In this document: piece by piece, positions 26,437-34,561 of the stretch | Numbering within the stretch: position 1 is the stretch's first letter | Layout: each line of letters opens with the position of its first letter | NCBI GenBank assembly: GCA_021801225.1 | Contig: JAJYYF010000002.1 | Location: forward strand, 317-64,316 | Length of the DNA: 64,000 bases | Direction of reading: 5' to 3' | From: Candidatus Micrarchaeota archaeon | GTDB lineage: Archaea; Micrarchaeota; Micrarchaeia; Micrarchaeales; CABMGC01 | Translations under genes and position numbers: made by a program | The notes under the pieces: generated by a model | The model's input: only the letters and a program-made list of their open reading frames with translations | What the model was told of the DNA's origin: nothing | Databases searched by the model: none

Positions 26437-26607
26437 ATGAACACGTTCTATAACGGAAAAAAAGTGCCAAAAGAGTTTCTTATGCTTCGGCTATCTGATG
26501 GCAGGACAATAAAAGATGTTATAAAAGCTATGAAAGAAACAGAAAAAAAGCAAAGGCCCAAACCACCGCGTGTGCATTTTGAAGAGCTAGAGCCACGTTT
26601 ACTTTAA
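26437..26607 (+). CDS. Small hypothetical protein (56 aa), below the ORF-track size cutoff
   Basis: Own translation MNTFYNGKKVPKEFLMLRLSDGRTIKDVIKAMKETEKKQRPKPPRVHFEELEPRLL. Starts exactly where leader copy 3 places the ATG. Confidence 0.4.
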   Translation: MNTFYNGKKVPKEFLMLRLSDGRTIKDVIKAMKETEKKQRPKPPRVHFEELEPRLL

Positions 26608-26674
26608 ATCAGTTTTGTTTATTCAAGTAATGATATGATCTAATGCCGAAGAAGATAAATTAACCAGATGAAAA

Positions 26675-26718
26675 AAACAAGCATATTTATATTTAAATAA
26701 ATAATTTTTAGTGATAAA
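26675..26718 (+). promoter_or_regulatory. Family promoter-leader module, partial copy 4
   Basis: AACAAGCATATTTATATTTAAATAAATAATTTTTAGTGATAAA-ATG keeps only the TATA-proximal and SD part of the module. Confidence 0.4.
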
Positions 26719-27231
26719 ATGACTAGAATATCAAAAGTTGCTTCGAATGATAAGATTATACCAAAGCAACTAAGTCTAGATGAACTTATATTGCTAGCTA
26801 AAAAGGTCAGTATACCACCAACCAAGGATAGTTGGTGGACAATTAAAGAATATAATAGTACATTTGGCAGTAAATGCAAATATACTGGGAGAGTTGGAGG
26901 GTTTATAATACAAATAGAAAAAACATTTGACCTTGATTATGATATAATGGACCATGAGCATCAAAATAACTTTAATATTATGGCAATATCAATTAATAAC
27001 CAATTAGAGCTTGGCAATGAATTTTTTAGGTTCAAAGATCATCATGGTAGGTATGATTTTTCAAATCCAGAACGTTTTAAGGATAAAGCAGCATATGATA
27101 AATGGTATTTAAAAACTTATAAAGAACTTGATGAACTTTGCGATAAAATAGATAATGCTGTCCATGAGTCTTGCAATCCTGTATTAATTGATGAATTAAA
27201 AACAGTAAGAACTCTTTTACGAAATAAATAG
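26719..27231 (+). CDS. GGF-motif family member F with a different, non-repeat C-terminal domain
   Basis: KYTGRVGGFIIQIEKT shares the G-x-V-GGF motif. Ends ..TLLRNK like the LRK tails of C and D. The middle domain has no hexapeptide repeats. Confidence 0.5.
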   Translation: MTRISKVASNDKIIPKQLSLDELILLAKKVSIPPTKDSWWTIKEYNSTFGSKCKYTGRVGGFIIQIEKTFDLDYDIMDHEHQNNFNIMAISINNQLELGNEFFRFKDHHGRYDFSNPERFKDKAAYDKWYLKTYKELDELCDKIDNAVHESCNPVLIDELKTVRTLLRNK

Positions 27232-27240
27232 AAATTTATT

Positions 27241-27360
27241 TCTGATAAATAATTTACCAAATAATAAAGACTTCTCAGATCCAAAACTTCAAAGAGTAAC
27301 TATCTCTTTTGAAAATATAAAAACAATTTGTAAGTAAAAAAGTTGATAATAAGTTAAGAG
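27241..27360 (+). pseudogene. Decayed GGF-family gene start (start codon lost, stops in frame)
   Basis: AAATTTATTTCTGATAAATAA matches leader copy 1 (AAAATTATTTATCTGATAAAATGG) with ATG mutated to ATA. TTGTAAGTAAAAAAGT is identical to 25505-25520 inside gene C, and AAAAAAGTTGATAATAAG matches 24809-24823. Confidence 0.4.
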
Positions 27361-28148
27361 GCCAAACAAAGAGCTAAAAACAAATACTAAATAGTTTTTT
27401 CATTTAAATGAAATATTTAGATTTTTTAGTAACTTTAATTGATTTTCAAATATATGAAATAAAAACTTTGCTAAAAAAAGTAACTCATTTCAAAATTATG
27501 AAAATTAAGGCATAATAGTTAAGGCATCAATATTATTTGAAAAACAGTCTTAAAAAAGTTGTTACTTCCTCTGAGACCATTTTTTATACCATATTTATGA
27601 AATATTTTAATTGATTTTCATAATAATGATATTTTAAATTTCATGATTAAATTTATGTGGATTTAGAGTAAAATAAGACCTGCGACGACAAAAATATGCT
27701 TTAATTTGACCATATTTAAACGCAAATTTTTATTTTGAGTAAATGCATAATAATATAGATCGTGCGTTAAAACGTAAAATAAGAAGAAATTAGAAAAATG
27801 AGAGATAGTATTAGAAATACTAAAATAGTATGAGAATAGTTATCTGGAAGTTTTAAAATATAAGTAAATTCAAGTTTATAATTATTTTTTATTACTACCA
27901 AAAATATGTAGTAATACTAAACATCAATTACATAAAAAGTAAAAATTAAATTATAATAACTTAAAAAAGTTTATAGGATTTTTAATATTATTAATTTTCC
28001 CAGAATATCAAAAACCGTTAAAAAACCGTTAATTTTGTTTATATTATTAAATATTATATATTCTTAAAATATGTTAGAAATACCAAGATAATATAAAATA
28101 TTAAATACATTTTTATATTAAACTAAAATATTCCCAAGAAGAAAATTT

Positions 28149-30410
28149 CTAAGATGAGAAGGCTATGCCTTTAGGGCTATTAAATCCAGAGGTCCACGCA
28201 CCGATTACGTCGCCGTTTGAGGGATTGATTTCTACTACATTATTAGAGTAGTAATTAGTAACATATGCATTTCCGGAGTAGAAGGCTATGCTGTAAGGAT
28301 ACTCAATTCCAGAAGTCCACGTACCGATTACGTCGCCGTTTGAGGGATTGATTTCTACTACATTTGCCGAATTAACAACATACGCATTTCCAGAGTAGAA
28401 GGCTATGCTGTAAGGATACTCAATTCCAGAAGTCCACGTACCGATTACGTCGCCGTTTGAGGGATTGATTTCTACTACATTGTTAGAACCGGAATTAACA
28501 ACATATGCATTTCCGGAGTAAAAGGCTATGTCCGCAGGAGAACTGAATCCAGAAGTCCACGCACCGATTACGTCGCCGTTTGAGGGATTGATTTCTACTA
28601 CATTTGCTGAATTAGTAACATAAGCATTTCCGGAGTAAAAGGTTATACGTGTAGGGTCATTAAATCCAGAGTTCCACGTACCGATTACGTCGCCGTTTGA
28701 GGGATTGATTTCTATTACATTGCCAGAAAAACGATTAACAACATAAGCATTTTCTGAGTAGAATATTATGCCTTGAGGAGAATCAAATCCGGAAGTTATT
28801 GAGTCAAAAACATTTCCTGTATTTGCGTCTACAATACTTACATTATTATAATTACTAACATAAGCATAAGGGTCATTCGTTACAAGAATATTTACCGGAG
28901 TACTTGTTGCCTGATTGCCTTGATTGTCTGAAGTTTGTAAATTGAATTGGTATGTCCCAGTAGTTGCACTTGATGGAGGTGAAAATGTGAAGGTATTTGA
29001 GGTTGCACTAGATATTTGAGAGAATGATGAAGACCCAGGAGCTTCTTCATACCATTGAAAATTTGTTGCTCCACATGAAATAGATGTGAGAGTAGTACTC
29101 CTGAGACCACTTAGAAATATCTCAGAGTTAGGAGGTTGATTTATCGAAGCACATATGGGACTTGTTTGCAGATTGAAAGTATATACTTCGTAAGATACCA
29201 TGGCACTGTTTGGATAACCAAAAGCTAATATATTAAATGAGTAAGAGCCAGCAGATTGGTCATTGCAAACTATTCCTAAAACACTCTCTGCATAATCATT
29301 ATGTCCTGAAACAGAAAATTTATTAGAACATCCAGAAGGAAGATTATTTGTAATACTACAAGATCCGACGGATGAACCTTCCTCACCACATGCTACTAAA
29401 ATTACAACATAAGAAAGATGTGATAATGTATATGAGATTGAATATGAATCTCCACTTCCTTGACCTGATGATGAGGTAACTGTATAAGGAAGATTTGTTG
29501 TAACGCCTATTGCACCTATAACTACATTTGCACCAGCAATTGCAGATGCACTACAAGTTAAATCGGTCTGTTGACCAACATTTGTACTCGAGTATATGTC
29601 ATTTGTAGTTGTAGTCCAGGAAGGCGTAAGGCCTGCATTTTGACCTTGCGAGTTATATAAACCCACTGCACCTGCACAGAATATCATATTTCCAGAACTT
29701 ACTGTTGCTGAAGTAGAGGTTGTACCAAAATTAGAATTATAAGTAATTGTAGGTGATGTTGCAACACCACTTAAAGTTTCTCCCTGTGTACCGGAACTCC
29801 CTGAACCTGTGTTGCCAAGATTTATTGATGTAGATGTACCAACCTTTCCAGTGAAAACCCCTATATTAGTTTCTTGATTTGGAACTCCATGGTTTTGATA
29901 CTGAATCCATAATCTTCCTGAGAAATCTGAACCTATTGTATTTGAGGGTAATGTACATTTAAAACCAAGTGTTCCTGTAACACCATTAAAAAATGTTGGA
30001 TTATTGAGGGGTTGTTGTATCCATTGATTAGAATTTGGGGGTGCTGTTGAGTTCGTACATGCAGTAGCAGTTATTGTTATTTGTGAACCTAAGGACTGAC
30101 CAAAATTAATCAAAACATTACCACTTGTATCCATTACTGGATTACTACATAAGAAACCACTTTGTGCTACGCAAGAGGTAGGAATGCCTGAACCACTTCC
30201 ATTAAAAACACCTAACTCAAATAAAACAACAAGCGCAATCGCAATGATTAAAATTGACCACCCATATGTCATTAAGTACTCCATAGCGCTTTGAGCTTGA
30301 GAACTTTTATTCTTTGATAATGCTCCGAAAACTTTATTGTGATTAATTACCTTTTTCTGAGAAAAAGATTTTTTTAAAGGTTTCTTTGAAGTACTTGATA
30401 AATTTGACAT
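28149..30410 (-). CDS. Surface protein (753 aa): class III signal peptide/pilin-like N-module plus C-terminal six-blade YVTN-type beta-propeller
   Basis: N-terminus ..SQAQSAMEYLMTYGWSILIIAIALVVLFELGVF. Cys-paired head module; Ser/Thr/Gly-rich middle. C-terminal repeats AYV(V/T)NS..NVVEINPSNGDVIG(T/A)WTSGF..P..IAFYSGN x6. Confidence 0.8.
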   Translation of the reverse strand: MSNLSSTSKKPLKKSFSQKKVINHNKVFGALSKNKSSQAQSAMEYLMTYGWSILIIAIALVVLFELGVFNGSGSGIPTSCVAQSGFLCSNPVMDTSGNVLINFGQSLGSQITITATACTNSTAPPNSNQWIQQPLNNPTFFNGVTGTLGFKCTLPSNTIGSDFSGRLWIQYQNHGVPNQETNIGVFTGKVGTSTSINLGNTGSGSSGTQGETLSGVATSPTITYNSNFGTTSTSATVSSGNMIFCAGAVGLYNSQGQNAGLTPSWTTTTNDIYSSTNVGQQTDLTCSASAIAGANVVIGAIGVTTNLPYTVTSSSGQGSGDSYSISYTLSHLSYVVILVACGEEGSSVGSCSITNNLPSGCSNKFSVSGHNDYAESVLGIVCNDQSAGSYSFNILAFGYPNSAMVSYEVYTFNLQTSPICASINQPPNSEIFLSGLRSTTLTSISCGATNFQWYEEAPGSSSFSQISSATSNTFTFSPPSSATTGTYQFNLQTSDNQGNQATSTPVNILVTNDPYAYVSNYNNVSIVDANTGNVFDSITSGFDSPQGIIFYSENAYVVNRFSGNVIEINPSNGDVIGTWNSGFNDPTRITFYSGNAYVTNSANVVEINPSNGDVIGAWTSGFSSPADIAFYSGNAYVVNSGSNNVVEINPSNGDVIGTWTSGIEYPYSIAFYSGNAYVVNSANVVEINPSNGDVIGTWTSGIEYPYSIAFYSGNAYVTNYYSNNVVEINPSNGDVIGAWTSGFNSPKGIAFSS
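28152..28870 (-). repeat. Six tandem 117/123-bp coding repeats (propeller blades), five with an identical core
   Basis: CCGATTACGTCGCCGTTTGAGGGATTGATTTCTA(C/T)TACATT starts at 28201, 28324, 28441, 28564 and 28681 (spacing 123/117/123/117). Confidence 0.9.
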
Positions 30411-30560
30411 AAATATTATTCGGTAAAAAGATTTATATATACATATCTTTTTAAGAAGTTTTTTTGTTTTATTATTAAATTTTATTGTTTTTAATAAAGA
30501 TGGGGTAGTATATTCTAATCTGGAGCATTACAAATATCAAAATAATTCATTATAACGTAC

Positions 30561-31016
30561 TTACTTTTCCTGCTTATCTTTTTTATTTTTATTTAGAAAT
30601 AAATCATTAAAACCTAAACCAACAATAAATCCTAATAAACCAAACATGGCCATAGAATCTATCTCTGTTTTTGATCGTTGTCTATATGTATTTTTAATAC
30701 CGTTTAACTCTATTCCTTTTCTAAGAAGCATTATTTCTCTTGGAGAATAATTTTCAAGCACTTTGTCTATTTTTTCAATAGCAATTTGTTTTCTAAACGA
30801 AGATATATAATAACTAAAATAATTGCCATCAGATCTGTAAATATTTTGGGATTTTATATCGTTCAATAATGAATTATTTATATATTTTTGATTTTGTTCT
30901 GTTGCTAAATCTTTCATTGAATTATGAACATTTGTACTATGTTGCAAGTGGGTGCTTAAACCAAAAACTAAAGAAGTTCCAAAAATTCCACTAGCAATGT
31001 CCTTTTTTATGTTCAT
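30561..31016 (-). CDS. Hypothetical membrane protein (N- and C-terminal hydrophobic helices)
   Basis: ASGIFGTSLVFGL near the N-terminus and AMFGLLGFIVGLGF near the C-terminus. Directly downstream of the pentapeptide-repeat gene. Confidence 0.5.
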   Translation of the reverse strand: MNIKKDIASGIFGTSLVFGLSTHLQHSTNVHNSMKDLATEQNQKYINNSLLNDIKSQNIYRSDGNYFSYYISSFRKQIAIEKIDKVLENYSPREIMLLRKGIELNGIKNTYRQRSKTEIDSMAMFGLLGFIVGLGFNDLFLNKNKKDKQEK

Positions 31017-31051
31017 ATTATCAACGATACAGTATATTCAATATATATACA

Positions 31052-31747
31052 TTATTTATTTAAAGAACTTAGATAAACTGCTAATGGTTTCGATAAATTA
31101 TTTTTAATTACAACTGCTCCTTCTATTTTTGCCCTAGAAAAATTAGTTTTATCTATATTACAATTTTCAAATACTGCATTAGTTAGATCTGCACCTGTGA
31201 AATTAGTATAATCTAAATCGCTATTTAGGAAGTGTGTATTTCTAAATATTCCATTAGATGCATTTATATTTATGAATCTTGATTCTGCAATTTTTGATTC
31301 TGAAAAATCAGTTTTTATGCAAGTAGCCTGTCTGAGATTTGTGTTTATTAAAATAGATCCTTGTACTTTTGAGTTAGATAAATCTACATAAGCCATATAT
31401 GCGTTTGAAAGATTAGAGTTATTAAAACTACATTCTGTTGCTTTTACACCTACAAAGTTTGCACGCAGTAACTTTGATTTATTAAATATTCCACCACTCA
31501 AATCTGATCCTTCAAAGTTTGTGTTACTCAAATCAGAATCAATTATAATGAGATTTGGTAAATCACTCTTTTTAAGATCTTTACCTATTAATTTAATTTG
31601 TTTATAGTATTTGTATCCGATGGAGTACTCTCTTAATAGCTCCTCTGAACTTATCTCCTTTCTTTCTTTCCTTAAAACATTTTCTAATGGTTTTTCACCA
31701 TTTCGGGGTTTTTCTCTAAATTGGGCCATATTATCACATTTTAGCAT
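31052..31747 (-). CDS. Pentapeptide repeat protein
   Basis: Long run of A(D/N)LxX pentads: SDLSNTNFEGSDLSGGIFNKSKLLRANFVGVKATECSFNNSNLSNAYMAYVDLSNSKVQGS..ADLTNAVFENCNIDKTNFSRAKIEG. Confidence 0.8.
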   Translation of the reverse strand: MLKCDNMAQFREKPRNGEKPLENVLRKERKEISSEELLREYSIGYKYYKQIKLIGKDLKKSDLPNLIIIDSDLSNTNFEGSDLSGGIFNKSKLLRANFVGVKATECSFNNSNLSNAYMAYVDLSNSKVQGSILINTNLRQATCIKTDFSESKIAESRFININASNGIFRNTHFLNSDLDYTNFTGADLTNAVFENCNIDKTNFSRAKIEGAVVIKNNLSKPLAVYLSSLNK

Positions 31748-31950
31748 ATAATGAGTTTTTTTTTAGATATTTATAACTATCTGAGAAACAAAGGTTTGTA
31801 AATCAAATTTAGATGCCTTAAATTAATTACTTTGTGTTTAAAAATACATTTTTATATTATTTATATAAAAGGAGTTATAACTCTTCTCAAAGAGCTAAAT
31901 GCCACAAACAAACAGCTAAATATCAGAAAATTAATAATATTTTTGATTAA

Positions 31951-32730
31951 ATGACAAATTTTAACTTACAACATACATTTATGGATTTACCTGCTAAAGA
32001 GATAATGGGACTTGACCCAAATAGTACCAGACAGATTGTTTTTAGGATAACTGGAATTGTCAACTTATTCGATGTACCCAAACAAGATGCAGGATTAAGA
32101 AACTCCTTTAAGACATATTTAGATTTTGTAATAAACAATAAAAATGCATTCGAACAATTAAATAGAGATGATTTAAGATTATTGAAAGAGATAAAAAAGC
32201 CATCTCTTCAAAGAATAATCCTTTCAAGTGATAATTTTATTAATACGCTTTCTGAAGATGAATTAAGTAGATATGGAAAATGTAATGATCTTGAGTCACG
32301 TGTTTGTTGTGCAGAAAGTAAGATATTTGCCAAAAAGGTTCCGTATGAAGTTTTAGAATCTTTAATAAATGATGAGCCGGATGTAGTTTCAGCATTAGTA
32401 AATAACGAAAATGCTATTTTGAGATTAAGCAGAGAGACTATAGAAAAAATTGCAAAACGAGACGAACCGATTATTAGAAGATCACTTATCTCAAATAAAA
32501 AAGTGCCTGAAAAACTTTCGGAGGATATATTATATGGATTTTTAGTTGATCCAGAGCCTTTAGTTAAAATTGCAGCACTGAGAAATCCAGAGTTTACAAA
32601 TTTAATAGACCAGGAATATTTGAAAAAACTTTTAAAAGTTGAAACGGATTGGAGAGTAAAAGAGTGCATAAAGATGCAGATTTTGTCAAATAATGTAATA
32701 CAAAATGAAAGAAGATTATTAAGAACATAA
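31951..32730 (+). CDS. Hypothetical helical-repeat protein (LRV/HEAT-like D-x-P repeats)
   Basis: Repeating NDEPDVVSALVNNENA / RDEPIIRRSLISNKKV / VDPEPLVKIAALRNPEF units resemble leucine-rich-repeat-variant/HEAT-like repeats. Preferred over the antisense 32208..32669 ORF on length and composition. Confidence 0.5.
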   Translation: MTNFNLQHTFMDLPAKEIMGLDPNSTRQIVFRITGIVNLFDVPKQDAGLRNSFKTYLDFVINNKNAFEQLNRDDLRLLKEIKKPSLQRIILSSDNFINTLSEDELSRYGKCNDLESRVCCAESKIFAKKVPYEVLESLINDEPDVVSALVNNENAILRLSRETIEKIAKRDEPIIRRSLISNKKVPEKLSEDILYGFLVDPEPLVKIAALRNPEFTNLIDQEYLKKLLKVETDWRVKECIKMQILSNNVIQNERRLLRT

Positions 32731-32776
32731 TGACTTGTGGTGTTTTATACTTTTCTTGTTATAATAATATGATTCA

Positions 32777-33043
32777 ATGATAAGCGGAATAGTAACATCT
32801 TTAGATGAAAATCAATTATTAGTGATACCTTCCTCAAGTACTCCCTTAGAAGAACTTGTTGGTAAAAAGGCTCGTTATGTAGATAAATCTGGAAAGGTTT
32901 GGAAAGCTGAGGTGTATGCAGTAGAAGATCCTGGAGTACTGATAAAATTTGAGTTATTCCCTAGCGGATTAGGACAAGGACAGATAATAGATATTATAGA
33001 AAATGAGGATAATGAAGCTGCATTTTTATCAGGAGAGATATAA
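32777..33043 (+). CDS. Small acidic beta-barrel-like protein (Gar1/L35Ae-like pattern, tentative)
   Basis: ISGIVTSL..LLVIPSS..LVGKKARYVDKSGKVWKAEVYAVEDPGVLIKFE..GLGQGQIIDI resembles the L35Ae/Gar1 barrel pattern. The protein is clearly acidic, which argues against a bona fide r-protein. Confidence 0.3.
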   Translation: MISGIVTSLDENQLLVIPSSSTPLEELVGKKARYVDKSGKVWKAEVYAVEDPGVLIKFELFPSGLGQGQIIDIIENEDNEAAFLSGEI

Positions 33044-33655
33044 TTATTTTTTCTTAAATGCTGCTTTTAATCTATCAAAACCTTCTGAAACAATAACATA
33101 ACTGCCACTTATTGTTATTATTGCAGGGATAGGATTCAATGTAAGTACAGATGTAGCTATCCCTGATGCAATTAAAGTTTTTGATATTGGCGCTGATAGT
33201 ATATCTGCAAATATTTGTTTTTTTGAAGTGGATAACTTTGTAGATGAGTCAATATCAAAAATACATATACCACTTTTAAATGCACGTGTGTGTTTATCTT
33301 CTTCACTAGATAATATAGAGACTATCTCTGGTATTTTTTTACTTGTTCCTAATGCAAATGCATGTCTTTTTCCATGACCTACGAACTTATCTGAATAAAT
33401 TAATGTAGCGCCATAATGTAATAATCTCCCTTTTTTGTCTATAATCATTGCTCCATCAAGTGATGCTAAATGCTTTATTGTTGTTTTATCTTTTTTATTT
33501 AATACTGATAAGTGTTTACCATTTTTTTTAAATATATCAGAGTTATAGTCTTTGTAGTATTTTGTCTTTACTTTTTCCGTCTCTACTACAAAACAACAGC
33601 CCTCCTTTTGATTTGTAGATAAATTTAAACACTCCTCTATAATCTTATCCATCAT
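33044..33655 (-). CDS. DAC (DisA_N, diadenylate cyclase-like) domain protein with C-terminal TM anchor
   Basis: LASLDGAMIIDKKGRLLHYGATL..GHGKRHAFALGTSKKIPEIVSILSSEEDKHTRAFKSG aligns by eye with the CdaA core HDGAVII..LGTRHRAALGISE..IVVSEETGGIS. The DGA motif is kept and RHR is RHA. C-terminal hydrophobic stretch TLIASGIATSVLTLNPIPAIITISGSYVIV. Confidence 0.55.
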   Translation of the reverse strand: MMDKIIEECLNLSTNQKEGCCFVVETEKVKTKYYKDYNSDIFKKNGKHLSVLNKKDKTTIKHLASLDGAMIIDKKGRLLHYGATLIYSDKFVGHGKRHAFALGTSKKIPEIVSILSSEEDKHTRAFKSGICIFDIDSSTKLSTSKKQIFADILSAPISKTLIASGIATSVLTLNPIPAIITISGSYVIVSEGFDRLKAAFKKK

Positions 33656-33782
33656 GTCGCCGATTAAATAAAGAAGTAATATTTTATAAATCTTTCTTTA
33701 AAAAAAGAAATAGTGGAAAACTAAAGTATATGAAAATTTATATAAGATTAATCTAAAAAATAATTTAAGAATAAATATAAAT

Positions 33783-34481
33783 TTAACAAGACGTATAAAT
33801 TAAATCTCGCTGGGTTATTTTTAAAGCTTTTTCTAATGAAAGTTCGTTTAACCTAATACACATTTCATTTTCCATTGATTTAGATAATTCAGGATTAGTA
33901 TGCCTTACAAAAGACATGTATTTATTGAATAAATCTTCACTATCGTTATCAAAAACTACTCTATTTCCAGCTGTTGAAATAGATTTAGGTATATGTAGAC
34001 CGTATGCAAAATTAACAGACATTGATTTGCCATTACCTATTTGAGTAACGATTTCATCTAAATACGAATAATGAATTCTATCTTTTTTATTTTTTATTGC
34101 TTCAGAAAAAAAAGTTACCGAAGTTTCAGGATATCCTAATAAGAGTCCAATTGAATTATGGTCCTGATTCTCAAGTTTATGGATTAATAAATTTAATTTA
34201 TCTAAATCATTTGATATTGCTAAAGAGGTAAATTGTGATCCTGTTTTACCTTTTTCAGTTTTAGCATAAATACCAAATTCTGATAGAGTATCTATTATAT
34301 TATTAAAGTTAGTTTCTATAGAGAGAGTTATTATTGCGCATGGCTTTTTTGATTTTGCAACAAGATAAGCTGAGAGATTATCTCTATGGTCTTTAAATAG
34401 AGTTTTAAGTGAAGCTTGTAATAAATTATTATTCGAATTAGTTTTTGTTTTTGATAATTTTATAAGTTGTTCTGAATCCAT
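33783..34481 (-). CDS. Hypothetical protein
   Basis: Long ORF; contains GLLLGYPETSVTFF. No confident family assignment. Confidence 0.5.
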   Translation of the reverse strand: MDSEQLIKLSKTKTNSNNNLLQASLKTLFKDHRDNLSAYLVAKSKKPCAIITLSIETNFNNIIDTLSEFGIYAKTEKGKTGSQFTSLAISNDLDKLNLLIHKLENQDHNSIGLLLGYPETSVTFFSEAIKNKKDRIHYSYLDEIVTQIGNGKSMSVNFAYGLHIPKSISTAGNRVVFDNDSEDLFNKYMSFVRHTNPELSKSMENEMCIRLNELSLEKALKITQRDLIYTSC

Positions 34482-34561
34482 TTTAACCTATAAAATTATA
34501 GCTTTTTAGATATTTAAGTATTTGTTTATTTTAGTTGGCTTAATAATTGAGATTCTAACAA

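Noticed and set aside
23963-27231. A diversity-generating retroelement or integron-like cassette system
   Set aside because: No reverse transcriptase, integrase, template/variable repeat pair with A-specific mismatches, or attC-like sites were seen. Only promoter-leader duplication is present.
27232-28148. A replication origin in the long AT-rich non-coding tract
   Set aside because: No ORB/mini-ORB-like inverted G-rich elements are present and no adjacent orc1/cdc6 gene. The only repeats are short A/T-rich direct repeats, and part of the tract is demonstrably a decayed gene copy.
28152-28870. Regularly spaced ~40-nt identical repeats that could superficially look like a CRISPR array
   Set aside because: The period is 117/123 bp, inside one long ORF. 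The variable parts are themselves homologous and encode propeller-blade loops. These are coding tandem repeats. No CRISPR array or cas gene is seen anywhere in the window.
32208-32669. A 153-aa antisense ORF opposite 31951..32730
   Set aside because: It is shorter and lies fully inside the plus-strand ORF. Its S/F/L-rich composition is typical of the antisense of K/E/N-rich coding sequence. The plus-strand protein shows internal helical repeats.
32777-33043. Calling this ORF ribosomal protein L35Ae
   Set aside because: The barrel-like sequence pattern resembles L35Ae/Gar1, but the protein is strongly acidic with an acidic tail, unlike basic r-proteins. It is kept only as a tentative fold-level note.
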